Source: Centroscyllium fabricii
Taxonomy: Eukaryota
Assembly (NCBI GenBank): GCA_051313645.2
Contig: JBNRSN020000009.1
Coordinates: 98,890,001-98,954,000 of the forward strand
Direction of reading: 5' to 3'
DNA length: 64,000 nucleotides
Of this stretch, positions 1-12,463 are shown piece by piece (positions within the stretch are counted from its first letter, which is position 1; the number at the start of each line of letters is the position of its first letter). Under the pieces are notes generated by a model. The model saw only the letters and a program-made list of their open reading frames with translations. It was not told the origin of the DNA and did no database searches. Position numbers and translations under genes: made by a program.

Positions 1-147
1 TTGAAAGTGGGCTTTTGCCATGTAAGGGTTCATCTTTTTATTTTTCATTGAACGTGGAGCATAAGAAATTGACAGATCTTACTATGAAAACTGAGTTCTG
101 TTCCTTCCTTCTTTTAATATAAAATAAACCCGTTTCTTGGTTTACAG

Positions 148-221
148 GCGTATCTACCTTCAATGGGGTGTTTTTCAGTCCATCTTTTGTAAGGACAGAA
201 GAACGCATAGGATGGTACCTG
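148..221 (+). other. Candidate host coding exon (unidentified)
   Basis: Pyrimidine-rich tttacAG acceptor at 146-147 and GTACGT donor at 222. Open frame (G)VSTFNGVFFSPSFVRTEERIGWYL. No family recognised. Confidence 0.3.
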
Positions 222-419
222 GTACGTGAGGCAAAGGTCCTGTGTTACGATCTCTGGGTCACGCTACTGTTTAATTAGATAATGGGTAATAACTGGTCAC
301 TCTGAATTGTAGGGGATGTAAGGTCTGCTTAGTGACCAGTGTGCTGAACTCAAGAGAATACCTAGTGCTAAACCTAAAAATTGTGACACACACCATAGTA
401 ATATCACCCCCAACACCCC

Positions 420-1800
420 TTCCCCTTCACCTGGCACGTTCCCATGCAAGCGCAGGAGATGCAACACCTGCCCTTTTATCTCCTCCCTTCTCACTGTCCA
501 GGGCCCCAAACACTCCTTCCAGGTGAAACAGCGATTTCGTATACTGTATTTTTTTTATCCATTGATGGGATGTGGGCATTGCTGGCTGGCTTGGCCTGCA
601 TTTAGTGCCCATCCCTAATTGCCCTTGAGAAGATGGTGGTGAGCCGCCTTATTGAACCGCTGCAGTCCATATGGTGTAGGTACACCCATAATGTTGTTAG
701 GAAGGGAGTTCCAGGATTTTGGCCCAGCGACAGTGAAGGAGCGGCGAATCAGGTCCAAGTCAGGATGGTGTGTGGCTTGGAGGGGAACTTGTAGGTGGTG
801 CTGTTCCCATGCGTCTGCTGCCCTTGTCCTTCTAAGCGGTAGAGGTCGCGGGTTTGGAAGGTGCTGTTGAAGGAGCTTTGACGAGTTGCTGCAGTGCATC
901 TTGTAGATGGTACACACTGCAGCTACAGTGCGCTGGTGGTGGAGGGAGTGAATGTTTAAGGTGGTAGATGGAGTGCCAATCAAGCGGCCTGCTTTATCCT
1001 GAATGGTGTCGAGCTTCTTGAGTGTTGTTGGAGCTGCACTCATCCAGGCAAGTGGAGAGTATTCCATCACACTCCTGACTTGTGCCTTGTAGATGGTGGA
1101 AAGGCTTTGGGGAGTCAAGAGGTGAGACACTCGCCGCAGAATTCCCAGCCTCACGATGCGGTCTCCTCTACATTATGGAGGCCAAACGCAGATTGGGTGA
1201 CTGCTTTGCGGAACACCCCCATTCAGACCGTAAGTGTGACCCCGAGCTTCCGGTCGCCTGTCACCTTAATTCTCTGCTCCACTCCCACTCTGACCTCTCC
1301 GTCCTCGGCCTCCTACACTGTTCCAACAAAGCTCAACGTAAGTCTGAGGAACAGCTTCTCATCTTTCTATTAGGCACTTTACAGCCTTCTGGATCTATTG
1401 AGTTCAACATTTTCAAACTATATTTGGCTCTTGTATTTCTTAATTTTTTTCCCCCTCTTGTTTCCTCACATGGTAGCTGCCATCGTCATTCACACATCAT
1501 CTAGAGCCATCTTTTGTTTCTTAACTTGTCCCATTACCTCTCCTTTTGCTCTATCATCCCTTTTTTCAGTCAATCTCTCCGTCCTTCCATCTTATCACAG
1601 ACCTTCCCTTTGTTCTTTCTACCCCTCCTCCCAGCCCCCGCTTAAAAATCTCTCTTCATGAATATTTTCCAGTTCTGAGGGAGGGTTCGACCCAAAACGT
1701 TGACCCTATTTCTCTCTCCTTGATGCTGCCTGACCTGTTGAGTGTTTCCGGCACTTTCTGCTGTTATTTCAGATTTCCAGCATCTGCAGTATTTTGCTGT
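420..1800 (+). mobile_element. Penelope-like element 3' fragment (GIY-YIG endonuclease + pLTR), interrupted by a LINE
   Basis: GTFPCKRRRCNTCPF at ~432 continues after 1150 as CGLLYIMEAKRRLGDCFAEH...PVACH...EEQLLIFLLGTLQPSG. The pLTR has a degenerate hammerhead motif CTGAGGG-AGGGTTCGACCC-AAAACGTT at ~1675-1701. Confidence 0.8.
548..1154 (-). mobile_element. 5'-truncated LINE 3' end (probably RTE-X type)
   Basis: ORF 615..1154 (LGILRR...TIYKAQVRSVMEYSPLAW...WNSLP) is a LINE RT C-terminus, followed by a 3' UTR and an A-rich tail at ~548-557. It splits the Penelope ORF. Confidence 0.8.
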
Positions 1801-4233
1801 TGTAATAGTAATGTCTCCGTTGTTTTACCTCCCAGGTTCTTCATGTCGAAGGGGAAGTCAGAGGCTTTATTTTCAAAAAAACATTTGACACCAGAGCTTA
1901 AACCCACAGGAAGCAGCCAGTTACGCTGCTTCGGGTTTTCCTATGCCGGCCAGCTGGGGGGGTGGGGGGGGCTTGGAGTTCCTGCGAGGTCTAGCGCAGG
2001 AAGCAGCGAAGTACGGGTTGCGTCCAGTAATTCGGGGTTTTTTAAAAACTTTTTCTACAGACCAAGACCAGGATATTCTACGCTGGGAAAAAGCAGTCGT
2101 AAGTATCCGTTTTTATCTGGTAAGTGTGTATTTTATTGATTTTAATTGTTGTTTTTTCAGGTTTTTAATTGTGGATAACTTTAAAGACAGGTAAGTATTT
2201 TTTTAGACCTGTTGGAAGTTGAACAATTTTTCTGTAAATTTTTATTTTTTCTTTAAAATAGGTTATTTGTGTTAGTTGGGGTAATGTTACAAAAATGTGG
2301 TGTTTGTAAAATTTTATTTTTGAGTTTAGATGTCTTTTGGGCAATCTCTCCTTTCAGAACTTGCACAGATTTCTCAGTGAAAGTTTGGAACGGAGAATTG
2401 TTTCCATTGATTGGCTCCCTGCCAATCAGATGGTCTCAAAAGCCATCTCGCACTAATTACACCCTTCAGTTGCCCATGAAGCTCGCACGGAGCTCTGACA
2501 AGCTGGGCTAACTGCAATTACTGAGTGCAAAAAAGCAAACCTGATTATGGGCAGTGCAAGTGCAACTAGCAGGCACTGCACCCGCACGAAGGCTCCACTG
2601 CAATTTCTGGGCCTTTATTTTAACAGCAGTCGGGTTAGGCATTTTTAGGAACTCAGTGAGTGGTACCATATACATACATAGGTAAATAATTGTTCAGCCT
2701 GCACACTCAATGGTGTTCCAGGAATCTATTGTCTAAGCCAGCTTTTAACTGCTTCAGCATGGGAATTCACCTTACCACAATCTCCATTAAAAAGAAAGGA
2801 AGAACTTGCATTGTTCTCTGAAGAACTGAAGAAGTGCGGGGATTTATGTGATGCACTATTACTGAACTTGGTGTCTCATAATGATGGGTAGAGATTGAGA
2901 AGTGGATGAAGAACAGAGACCAAGGAGTGAGGAAAAGATGTTGACAGACATTGATGGGTAGAGATTAAAAAGGAGGGAAATCAATAATGACAGAATTTGC
3001 CAGATAGAACTAGCCAAGATCAGTTTTAAAAGGAGAGAAATATAAATTGAGAGAAAATATAACAAAAATTAAGTGAGACCAGAGCAAAAGCTCCAGGTTG
3101 AAGAGTCCCGCTGTTACTTGCCCTTCTCACACACATGCCACAGAACCCCTGTAGAGGGCGCAGTGCTGGATCAGACGCCTGATGACAGCAAGTGCTGCTC
3201 AAAAGCCCACAAACAATTTGTGGGCCGCTGTAAACATAGTGAACGGCGAGCGCCGTTCCTTCACCACTGACTGCAAAATCTGGGCCATTATCATTTTAAT
3301 GCACACCTTTTGGGCAGTGAGGAGAATTTTTTTTAAGTGCTTTATTGTGGAACATTTGGTTTATGGTTAGGCTTTGTGGCTGGTACAATGTATCACTGTC
3401 ATGTGTTTGCCATATGTACTCTTTAAAAAAAATAAATTTGTTCACCTACAAATGTTTTAACTTTTCATTTGCTTATGAAATATAGTTATTGGTGTTTTTG
3501 TTTGCAGGTGACATAGGGCAAAAAAATTCGTCAGCGCACGGATTGGGTGCTAAATTTGGCGATGTGCAGCTACCCTCCGAGTGGCAACTAATCAGAGAGC
3601 CGGCCCCCGAATCTGCGGTCTTCTGTCAGGAATCACGCTGTGTTCCGTATTCATTCTTCCAGAATTTATCTTCAGCAAATCAGAGCCCCCTCAGCTTCCC
3701 AGTGTAACACCTCCCGATTGGGGGGGTCGGGCGATCCCCCAGCGGCAACTGATCAGAGAGCCGGCCCCCCTCCCCGCTCTCACATCAATTGGCCGCTCAG
3801 GCCGACTCCCCCCATCAGCTGGCCGCGCTCGGACCGAAGAGTGAGGGTGGCCCTTTTAGCAGCGCTGCAGCGGCCACTCAAACCCGCTGCAGCACTTGCA
3901 AAAGCTGGCACTGAAAGCGCGGGGGGCGGTTGCAACTGTATATTGTAGCGCCAGCAAGGCCTAGGAACCACACGTGAGCCAGAGAGCTAGAGAAAACACA
4001 ACTTTAATACACTAGAGCTAAACAAGAAAGAGAGTGAACCACTCGCAACAAGCATATTTAAACTGTCCCGCGGTTGGTGACGTCATCGCGTCGGCAGACG
4101 TGGTGATGTCGTCGCATCACCCGGATGAGCGGGGCTTTGCTCCGCGGAGTTCCCGTGGCGGATTCGGTGTCCCAGTGGGCGTGCCGCCACACAGCTCCCC
4201 CCAGAATCCGTCCGGGAGGAATAGTAAAAGAGT

Positions 4234-7200
4234 CTATGTGTGCCGTTGGGGTGGCCGGATGATGCGGCCGGACCGTGTTGCATGTTGCTTCTGGTTCTGC
4301 GGTGGAGTGTGGGCGGGTTTTGTTGCGGGAGGGCGACCGCGTTGTGATGGTTGTGCGGGGACAGTCGTCTCACCCGCTATAACGTGTGCCGGCTTGAGCC
4401 GGTCTATTGTCACAGTTTCAGTCCTGTTGCCCATTTGCAATTCGAAAGCTTTAGCTCCCGCCCGAAGCACTCTGTAGGGGCCATCGTAAGGTGGCTGTAG
4501 TGGAGATCGGTGTCCGTCGCGCCGGACGAACACGAATTTAGCGTTTTTGATGCCGTCCGGCACCCGAGCTGCCGGCTCTCCATGCCGGGCCACTGGTAGT
4601 GGCTGGAAAGCTCGTGCCGGGTTGGCGAAGTCTTTTAAATACTGGTCGGCTGACCAGGGAGCGTTGGGCTCGGCTAGGAACTCGCCCGGCACTGTTAAGG
4701 CTTGGCCGTAGACGAGTTCTGCTGCCGAGGCATTGAGGTCTTCCTTGACTGCCGAGCGCAGCCCGAGGAGAACCCATGGGAGACGGTCGGTCCACGACGC
4801 GTCCTTGAGGGTGGCTCGTAGTGACGCCTTCATTGAGCGGTGGAACCGTTCGCATAGCCCGTTCGCTTGTGGGTGGTATGCGGTGGTTCGATGTAGTGTT
4901 ACCCCGAGGTCGCGGGCGATGGCCGCCCATAACGCTGACGTGAACTGGGGTCCTCTGTCGGAGGTGATGTCGGTGGGCACGCCGAAGCGGGCGACGCAGG
5001 TGGCGATGAACGCCCTGGCCAAGTCCGTGGTGCCGGTGGCGGTGAGGGGGACTGCTTCTGGCCAGCGAGTGTTGCGGTCGACCATGGTCATTACGTGCGT
5101 GTGGCCCCGGGATGGCGGTAGTGGCCCGACGAGATCAATATGGACGTGGTCAAAGCGTCTGGCCGGCACTTTAAAAGTTTCCAGCGGTGCCCTGATGTGC
5201 TTATGCACTTTGGAGCGCTGGCAGGCAATGCAGGAGCTGGCCCAGGCGCGAACGTCCTTGCGCAGGCCGCGCCATACGAACCGGGCCGAGATTAATTTGA
5301 TGGACGCGCGGGTGCCGGGGTGGGACAGGTCATGGAGGGTCCTGAATATGTGTCGCCTCCAAGCGTGGGGGACGACGGGCCTGGGCTGCGGCAGGGATAC
5401 GTCGCAGCAGACGATGGTGGCAGCGGGGCCGTGCGCGATATTGGCCAAGTGGAGGCCAGGGAGATTTGCTGCTGCGTTGAGCAGGTCTGGGTCAGTCAGC
5501 TGGTCTGCGGCCAGCTGGGCGTAATCGACCGCCATTTGGGCGGCGTTAATGGTGGGGCGTGAGAGGCAGTCAGCGACCACGTTGTCGCGGCCGGAGATAT
5601 GTTGGATGTCGGTCATAAATTCCGACACGGCCGCGAGTTGGCGCTGCTGCCTGGCCGACCAGGGTTCGGCGACCTTAGCCATCGCAAACGTGAGCGGCTT
5701 ATGGTCGACGAAGGCTGTGAAGTGGCGGCCCTCCAGGAGGAAGCGAAAATGTCGCACTGCCAGATGGAGAGCGAGGAGCTCCCTATCAAAGGCGCTGTAC
5801 TTAACCTCTGGGGGCTGGAGTTGCCGGCTGAAAAAGGCCAGGGGCTGCCAGGAGTTGCCGGTCCACTGCTCAAATACGGCCCCGACCGCGTGGTCGGAGG
5901 CGTCGGTGGTGAGGGCTACTCTGGCGTTGGGCCTAGGGTGGGCTAGGAGGGTGGCATTTGCCAGGGCGGTTTTAGTTGCGGTGAAGGCGGTGGCGGCGTC
6001 GGCCGTCCACTCGACCGCAGCCTTGTTGGACTGCCCGCGGGTGGCCTGGTATAAGGGGGCCATGAGAGCGGCTGCTCCCGGGATAAATCGGTTATAAAAA
6101 TTGACCATCCCCAGGAATTCCTGCAGCCCTTTAATGGAGTGCGGGCGGGGGAATTCCTGTACCGCCTGCACCTTGGAGGGCAGGGGTATGGCCCCTGTTT
6201 GGGAAATGCGGTGGCCGAGGAAGTCAATGGTATCGAGGCCGAATTTGCACTTGGTCGGGCTTAATATAAGGCCGTGTTCGGCCAGGCGTTGGAACAGGGT
6301 CCTGAGGTGCAGGAGGTGTTCCTGGGGGGAGGTGCTGGCCACGAGGATGTCGTCTAAATAGACGAAAATGAACTTCAAGTCCCGCAGGACCGAGTCCATG
6401 AGGCGCTGGAAGGCCTGGGCCGCGGTTTTAAGGCCGAAGGGCATCCTGAGGAACTCGAAGTGCCCGAAGGGGGTGATAATGGCCGTTTTAGAAATGTCCG
6501 CCGGGTGCACCGGAACCTGGTGGTAGCCACGCACCAGGTCGATCTTAGAGAAGATCGTACAACCCGCTAATCTGGTGGAAAAATCCTGGATGTGGGGTAC
6601 GGGGTACCTATCCGGGGTTGTGGCGTTGTTTAGGCGGCGGTAGTCGCCGCAGGGGCGCCAACCCCCGTCTGGCTTGGGGGCTATGTGGAGAGGAGAGGCC
6701 CAGGGGCTGTTGGAGCGGCGGATGATGCCGAGTTGCTCCATGGTGCGGAACTCTGTGCGCGCGATCTCCTGCTTGGCCGGGTCGAGCCTACGGGCGTGGG
6801 CATGGACGGGAGGTCCTGTGGTCATAATAAAGTGTTCCACCCCGTGTTTGGCCTGGCGGGCGGTGAACGTGGGGTTGGTTAGGGCGGGGAACTCTGCCAG
6901 GAGCGTGCCGTAGGCATCGGAGTCCCGGGAGCGGCATTGGGCTGCCGCGTGGGCCACGAGTGTGGGCCCTGTGGCGCATGGGATGGTCGTCATGTTATTC
7001 ATGTTGACCAAGCGGCGCCAGGTCACATCGGCCAGCAGGCCGTAGGCGCAGAGGAAATCTGCCCCGAGGAGGGGTGAAGTGACCTGGGCTGTGACGAAAT
7101 CCCAGGTGTACGTGTGGCTTGCAAGAGTAATTGTGAGCTTGCGGGTGCCGTACGTTTTGATACTGGAGCCGTTGGCCGCTGCGAGTGGCGGGCCCCGGGT

Positions 7201-7347
7201 GCCTTGTTTGGTTTCTGCAGGGGAGGCTGGCACGATGCTGTGCTGCGCGCCTGTGTCGCAGAGGAACCTAAGGCCTGTGCCTCTGTCTGTAACAAAGAGC
7301 AGTGCTCCTGTGTGGCCTACAGACATAGTGGGGGCTTGAACGCGCAT
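4234..7347 (-). CDS. pol: Pol polyprotein (protease, RT, RNase H, integrase with GPY/F motif), intact
   Basis: 1037-aa ORF with FLCDTGA protease, YLDD RT, TDAS RNase H, HHCC plus D,D35E integrase (HIDLVGP...SDRG...CER) and PPYDGPY. Confidence 0.96.
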   Translation of the reverse strand: MRVQAPTMSVGHTGALLFVTDRGTGLRFLCDTGAQHSIVPASPAETKQGTRGPPLAAANGSSIKTYGTRKLTITLASHTYTWDFVTAQVTSPLLGADFLCAYGLLADVTWRRLVNMNNMTTIPCATGPTLVAHAAAQCRSRDSDAYGTLLAEFPALTNPTFTARQAKHGVEHFIMTTGPPVHAHARRLDPAKQEIARTEFRTMEQLGIIRRSNSPWASPLHIAPKPDGGWRPCGDYRRLNNATTPDRYPVPHIQDFSTRLAGCTIFSKIDLVRGYHQVPVHPADISKTAIITPFGHFEFLRMPFGLKTAAQAFQRLMDSVLRDLKFIFVYLDDILVASTSPQEHLLHLRTLFQRLAEHGLILSPTKCKFGLDTIDFLGHRISQTGAIPLPSKVQAVQEFPRPHSIKGLQEFLGMVNFYNRFIPGAAALMAPLYQATRGQSNKAAVEWTADAATAFTATKTALANATLLAHPRPNARVALTTDASDHAVGAVFEQWTGNSWQPLAFFSRQLQPPEVKYSAFDRELLALHLAVRHFRFLLEGRHFTAFVDHKPLTFAMAKVAEPWSARQQRQLAAVSEFMTDIQHISGRDNVVADCLSRPTINAAQMAVDYAQLAADQLTDPDLLNAAANLPGLHLANIAHGPAATIVCCDVSLPQPRPVVPHAWRRHIFRTLHDLSHPGTRASIKLISARFVWRGLRKDVRAWASSCIACQRSKVHKHIRAPLETFKVPARRFDHVHIDLVGPLPPSRGHTHVMTMVDRNTRWPEAVPLTATGTTDLARAFIATCVARFGVPTDITSDRGPQFTSALWAAIARDLGVTLHRTTAYHPQANGLCERFHRSMKASLRATLKDASWTDRLPWVLLGLRSAVKEDLNASAAELVYGQALTVPGEFLAEPNAPWSADQYLKDFANPARAFQPLPVARHGEPAARVPDGIKNAKFVFVRRDGHRSPLQPPYDGPYRVLRAGAKAFELQMGNRTETVTIDRLKPAHVIAGETTVPAQPSQRGRPPATKPAHTPPQNQKQHATRSGRIIRPPQRHT

Positions 7348-8045
7348 GGCTGGACGCAGCGGTGCGCTTTGTTATCGAACCGCGTGTGGTAGTAGCACCA
7401 GCCGGTGCTAGAGGGACGCGGTTGCCTAGGTGGGCGCGGGGCCCTAGGTTCAGGCGTAAAGTTAGGCCTGGGGGGTGATTGGGCGCACTCTACCGATGCA
7501 GAGTTAGGGTCGCACGTGGTTGAGCGGGTGCGCTGCGCCTCCATGAGCCTGTCGGCTTCCTCAGCGAGCTCGTCGTCGCTCCGTTGGCCAAGGGCCGCCA
7601 AGGCCGGTCTGATGGAGCGGGGCAGTTTAAGGAGGAAGACGGTGCGGAACAGGGAGGCCGGATTGGGTGTGAGCGCTTGCATCTGACCTAAGAGGTCCGA
7701 TGGGTCTGCGTCCCCGAGTTCGGGGAGGTCAAGGAGCTGGCAGTCGCGCTCAAATTGAGAGGGGATAAAAAAAATTATAAGCGCGGCCTTAAGGGCTTCG
7801 TACCTGCCTGTAGTGGGCACACGCTGTATTTTTGACCACATCCGATCGATCGTCGATTGCGGTAGGGCTGAGAACACCAGGTCGTAGCGGTCGTCCCCCT
7901 GGATGCCATGTGTGCGGCAGCTGGTCTCGATGCACATAAACCAGGCCGCTGGCCGTTGCTCCCAGAACTCGGGTAGAGTTAGTCCACGTCCGAAGTTCTG
8001 GCCAAGTCCTTGTGTTCGTGGAGCTTGGTTCCTTGCTCTTGCCAT
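7317..8045 (-). CDS. gag: Gag with CHCC zinc knuckle
   Basis: LPEFW...P.AWF N-terminus and [18 protein letters not shown] (C-X2-H-X9-C-X3-C), typical of the CsRn1 clade. Confidence 0.92.
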   Translation of the reverse strand: MARARNQAPRTQGLGQNFGRGLTLPEFWEQRPAAWFMCIETSCRTHGIQGDDRYDLVFSALPQSTIDRMWSKIQRVPTTGRYEALKAALIIFFIPSQFERDCQLLDLPELGDADPSDLLGQMQALTPNPASLFRTVFLLKLPRSIRPALAALGQRSDDELAEEADRLMEAQRTRSTTCDPNSASVECAQSPPRPNFTPEPRAPRPPRQPRPSSTGWCYYHTRFDNKAHRCVQPCAFKPPLCL

Positions 8046-8122
8046 GTTTTCTGTTTAAAATGTTCTTTGGCTGGTGGTCCCTGATCCTGCGGCAGCTTTT
8101 CTTCTTTGGAATTCGTTCCAAT

Positions 8123-8134
8123 TCGGGGTCACCA
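8123..8134 (-). promoter_or_regulatory. Primer binding site for tRNA-Trp
   Basis: TGGTGACCCCGA on the minus strand, 1 nt inside the 5' LTR, complementary to the tRNA-Trp 3' end. Confidence 0.88.
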
Positions 8135-10289
8135 CTGTAGCGCCAGCAAGGCCTAGGAACCACACGTGAGCCAGAGAGCTAGAGAAAACACAACTTTAAT
8201 ACATTAGAGCTAAACAAGAAAGAGAGTGAACCACTCGCAACAAGCATATTTAAACTGTCCCGCGGTTGGTGATGTCATCGCGTCGGCAGACGTGGTGACG
8301 TCGTCGCGTCACCCGGATAAGCGGGGCTTTGCTCCGCGGAGTTCCCGTGGCGGATTCGGTGTCCCAGTGGTCGTGCCGCCACAATATAATGTTTACACCA
8401 GTAATGACCTGACGGCATTACTGAGCCTGTACCTATATATATCTGTAATGACCTAACAACAGGAACGGCCCCACCTCTAACTCCTCCCCTCAGGTCGGAG
8501 CACATAGGTGGGCGCTCACCACTTCCCATTCACTCACCATCCTGATCTCGTCTGAAGACCAGCTCCATTTATAGTTAATAAAAGCCTTTAGTTAAGGTCA
8601 CTATTTGTCTTCGAGTATTATTGACGATATGTCAGCGGTGGAAAGGCGCAAAGCCCAATATCGGGCGTAACCCACCGGCGGGCGTTGCACACGCATTGCC
8701 ACGATGATTGTTGATCGGCAGGCGGCGCTGCGCTAACATTTAGCGCCAGCGCTACCCACTAGGTCAATTTAGCGCCCGGCGCTAATTTGGGCGCTACATC
8801 GGCGCTGCCCCATTAGCGCCGATTTTTGGCGCTAATGGGCCGGCGCTAGGTTGCCAATTTTTTGGCCATAATGTTCCAAATATGGAGTTGGACCATTTCC
8901 AGGAGTTACTTACAGCAACTGTAATATCCTGGACTTTGTATTTTTACAAGGAACTACAGGTGAAATCAGAAATTAGCTGCTCCAAACTGTTCCATTTTTA
9001 TTTGTACACATATACAGTTCTCTAGTGATAATGTTAATCTATTATTGTCAATAATAGTATGGTAACACTGCCAAACCTAATTTTGGTATAATTACTCCAA
9101 ACTTACATTTTCTACACTTAATTAAGCGCAGATTCACAATAACTAAATTAATAATGCTCATGGTATTACCTGAGGAAAATAAGCAAACCAGCAATTTTCC
9201 ACATCAAATGCCAACATACAGCACATGCAAGGACACAAGTGAAGTAGGGCTAAATATTGTTTGTAAACACATTAATAACTCATAGCAATGTTCACGTTAG
9301 ATGGTATGTTAATTTTGAGAGCAGAACAAGAACAAAAGAAAGAGGGTAATCTAAATTACTGTCCTGTCAGAAGAGTTTTCTGGCAAAAAAGCTCCAACTA
9401 TTTAGCATGGGCAGAAGATCGGTGCTTGTGCTGTTTTCTAGTCAACAGAGATGAATCCACTGACATTTGTGATCAGTTGCTTGCATGTTTTTTTGTTTCC
9501 CACTGCATTTCCTGTAACTGTAAAGGTCACTGTACCTCTGAACTTCAGTGCCATTGCTCCTTTCATGTCCCAGGGAGTGATTATGCAGTCAATTCACAAT
9601 CCAGCAATATGTAGCTACATCAGCCAGGTTAGAGATGCAGTGCAAATGCAGGTTTCCCAATGTGCACATGCCCTAAAAGGTGAGGGTGAGTATGCAGCCA
9701 TTCTACAAATGTTGTGTGTCACTGGCAGTCTTCCAAGAGATCTGGGTGTACTCGACCCCTTACGTGTTGGAATAAGTACATTAATCCAGAATATATTTTC
9801 CTTCCATGTGTAGAAAAAGGCTCTATTTTGGAATATGCACCTAATCTGAAATCTGTAAAATGTTTTCAAACATATATGCTCAACTCCCAATGGCAACACA
9901 TCTGTGTCCGAAATGTTTGAGAGAGATGAACGATTACATGGCTCTCTCCCCGGAGATTATAGATAGACAATTAAATCATATTTGATGACTCCACTATACA
10001 ACACAAGCATCTGCAGAAGACAAATTCAGCAGTAAATATTGTGTATGATTTGTCCTCTTTGATATATATTGGGTACTTATGATGTGCTGCCCCATTGCCC
10101 CCTACAATGATCAGAGAGAGGTCTGACTGCACCCTAGGCGGGCTGCACAGATATGACATTACCCATGTTTGCAGGTGCACAGACTCGTCACAGCTACTTG
10201 GTCATATAACAGGTGATGTGCCTTCAGCATCTATGCTTCACCTTGGAGGGCTATCTCCAGGTCAGAAATGTGCCCTTGATGCGCCAAAA

Positions 10290-12463
10290 ATGTCGGGAGT
10301 AATTTTAAACTACCCCACCTGGTGGGAAACTTACTTACTTTAGTAAAATTGGGCCGGGCTTAAAATGGGTTTCCGATCTGATCCGGTCAGCTTTCAGATT
10401 AGGTTAAAATTTCACCCCAATCTTGAGATGTTGGAAATTGAAGGAGCATGTGCACAGTATGTGCATAACTGGAGGGTCTAAAAGTGTTACAGATTTGAGC
10501 CTGCTTTAATTACCTTCTCAAGTGCAGTGACATCAGTCACTCCCATAAGCAATCCGAGCATTTTAATTTTGGAGCTGACTCACACTCACTCTATTTCTGC
10601 TTGTACAATAGCAGAAACCAGGGGTGTAACAATAGTACCTCTGTGTGACCTGATTTGATGCTATTCACATGTAATTTTTAAATTTCGCTAAAGGCAGACT
10701 GAGCAAACATTTGGTGCGATGAGGCCTGATAGAAATTGTTAAGATGTTTTATTTCACAGCAATCTGAATCTATGGCTGCAATTTTGTGGGTGTCAGCGGA
10801 CACTGCTGTGAACCCATTGCTACGTGCCTTCCTGATGTTGGGTCTGTCAGCACTGAGCAGATCGACACGCAGTTGTGGTTTACCAGTGGGGAACCTAATT
10901 CAGGTAATTAGTGGCCTGTTTAGAGCCACTTATTATTGAATTTCAGCTCATCTTTTGCATTTGACAGTTTGTCCACGGGGTCCACGCAGGTTGTGGACCA
11001 CGTCTGTCAAGCTGAAGCAGGAGTTCAGTGGCCATTGAATCAGCTGATGAGTTAACAACTTCAAATGTACAGTAAAAGCTCCCACCTTACAGAGATATCT
11101 TCCCTCAGCCACAAGCTCTTCCTCACTACATTTCCACAACAGATTCACCATGCTGCAAGTCTTTACACAAGTCTCCATCGAGTCTGACCTCATTACCTCT
11201 CTCACCATTGACAGATTGCTTCTGTCATCTGTACTTTATCTGCCATCTATTCCATCAGCATACTCTCTCATCTTGGTTCTCAGAATCCCACCGCGATCAG
11301 CCCCAACACCAGCAGCACCAGGCACACCAGCAGCACCAACAACAACACCACAAACCTTCTACGCAATCACCTGATGCTGCACAGGACAGAGCGCATCAGC
11401 ACCTGACCACATTACTGCCTGGGATGTCAGGGATGGCCTCACCATGGCCAGATTTACTTCACTTAATGCTGTATACCCTGGCTGATACATTATATGCCAG
11501 TTGGCACCATCCTACACCAACACCATAAAGCATCCCTACAATGCCGAAGCCATTCCTTTCATACTCATGACCATTGTGAGGAGTACTGTTATGTCTCACC
11601 ATTCACTGCAACTCACGAAGCCACTTCCAAAAGTGCACACAAATCTGTCCAAGAATGTAAAGTGTTGAAAATAAAGGTTTCAATGTTTGACACCACATTA
11701 ACAGAAACTTTACATGAACATTGCCTAAAACACTCAAGTGCCTACCCTTGTGTGTTATTTGATATGATTTCACTTGGATGAGGGTAAGTGTGAGAGATGG
11801 CTAGTGAGATGGGGATATGATAATATAGATAGAGAGGAATGGATGGAGTTCCAAGGTAAGTTGGTGTAAGTAAGGATGTGCAGACGTAGGGTAGGGAAGG
11901 CAGAGTGATGGGGATGTGACAAGAGGCAAAGCAGGATGAGGTTGAGTGTGGCTTTGTACTAATGTTTCATAATCTACAGAGATCATTTAAACATTCGCAG
12001 CACTACATCCAGGTCCTCCTGACCACATCCCTGCTTGTGCCCTCCTGTGCAATGTGCAACCAGGCTGTGTTGATCTCCTGGGGAGGTCTCTTCTGCCCAT
12101 GGGAAGGGAAGAGGACCTACATGTGTGCTGTGACTCCCTTCATAAGCATATGGAGGAAGTCATGGGAGAGCCTGAGTGTAGCCCTGTGCCTTTGTGCAGT
12201 GCTTGTCAGTGTTTGCAGCACCTCAGTCCTGTAGAACACTGACAGCACAACTATCAACCTAAATTTGTGTGTGGTCCCTTTAAGCAAACCAGCTGTGACA
12301 CATCATCAAATGACATCACCAGACCTGCTTCCTCTAATTGGCTGGGAAATGCGCTGGGCAGGCTTAACAAGTCCCATCAAGGGACATTCATTTCAGACAG
12401 CAGGATGGACCCGCCACCGATGTCGCCTGCCACGGACCCGCCAAGGTCAGCAAAATCACGGCG
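10290..12463. mobile_element. Decayed PIF/Harbinger remnant
   Basis: CAGCAC-rich transposase-start-like tract at ~11300 and a Myb-like remnant at ~12000-12200 (-), both similar to the elements at 12610 and 31800. Boundaries are approximate. Confidence 0.45.

Larger units (their letters stand above)
3944..8383 (-). mobile_element. Full-length Ty3/Gypsy LTR retrotransposon, CsRn1/Kabuki clade (family A)
   Basis: 248-bp LTRs 3944-4191 and 8136-8383 (TG...CA, about 6 mismatches). 4-bp TSD ATAT. tRNA-Trp PBS, a PPT next to 4192, CHCC Gag and intact pol. Confidence 0.96.
3931..8634 (+). mobile_element. Solo LTR of Gypsy family B, split by the CsRn1 insertion (3931-3943 + 8388-8634)
   Basis: 8388-8634 resembles LTR 59466-59702 (ctcctcccctcaggtcggag, gaccagctccatt, ttaataaaagcct, ttgacgatatgtca). 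TG...CA ends. 5-bp TSD GCGGT at 3926-3930 and 8635-8639. Confidence 0.8.
3516..8867. mobile_element. PIF/Harbinger-like MITE hosting nested LTR elements
   Basis: Imperfect TIRs GGGCAAAAAAATT / AATTTTTTGGCC, ATA on both flanks (3513-3515, 8868-8870), and repeated TAGCGCC subterminal motifs at 8720-8850. Confidence 0.55.

Noticed and set aside
4538-7686. Many plus-strand ORFs antisense to gag/pol
   Set aside because: Shadow ORFs of GC-rich coding DNA with no motifs. The same applies to antisense ORFs over the CR1s and family B.
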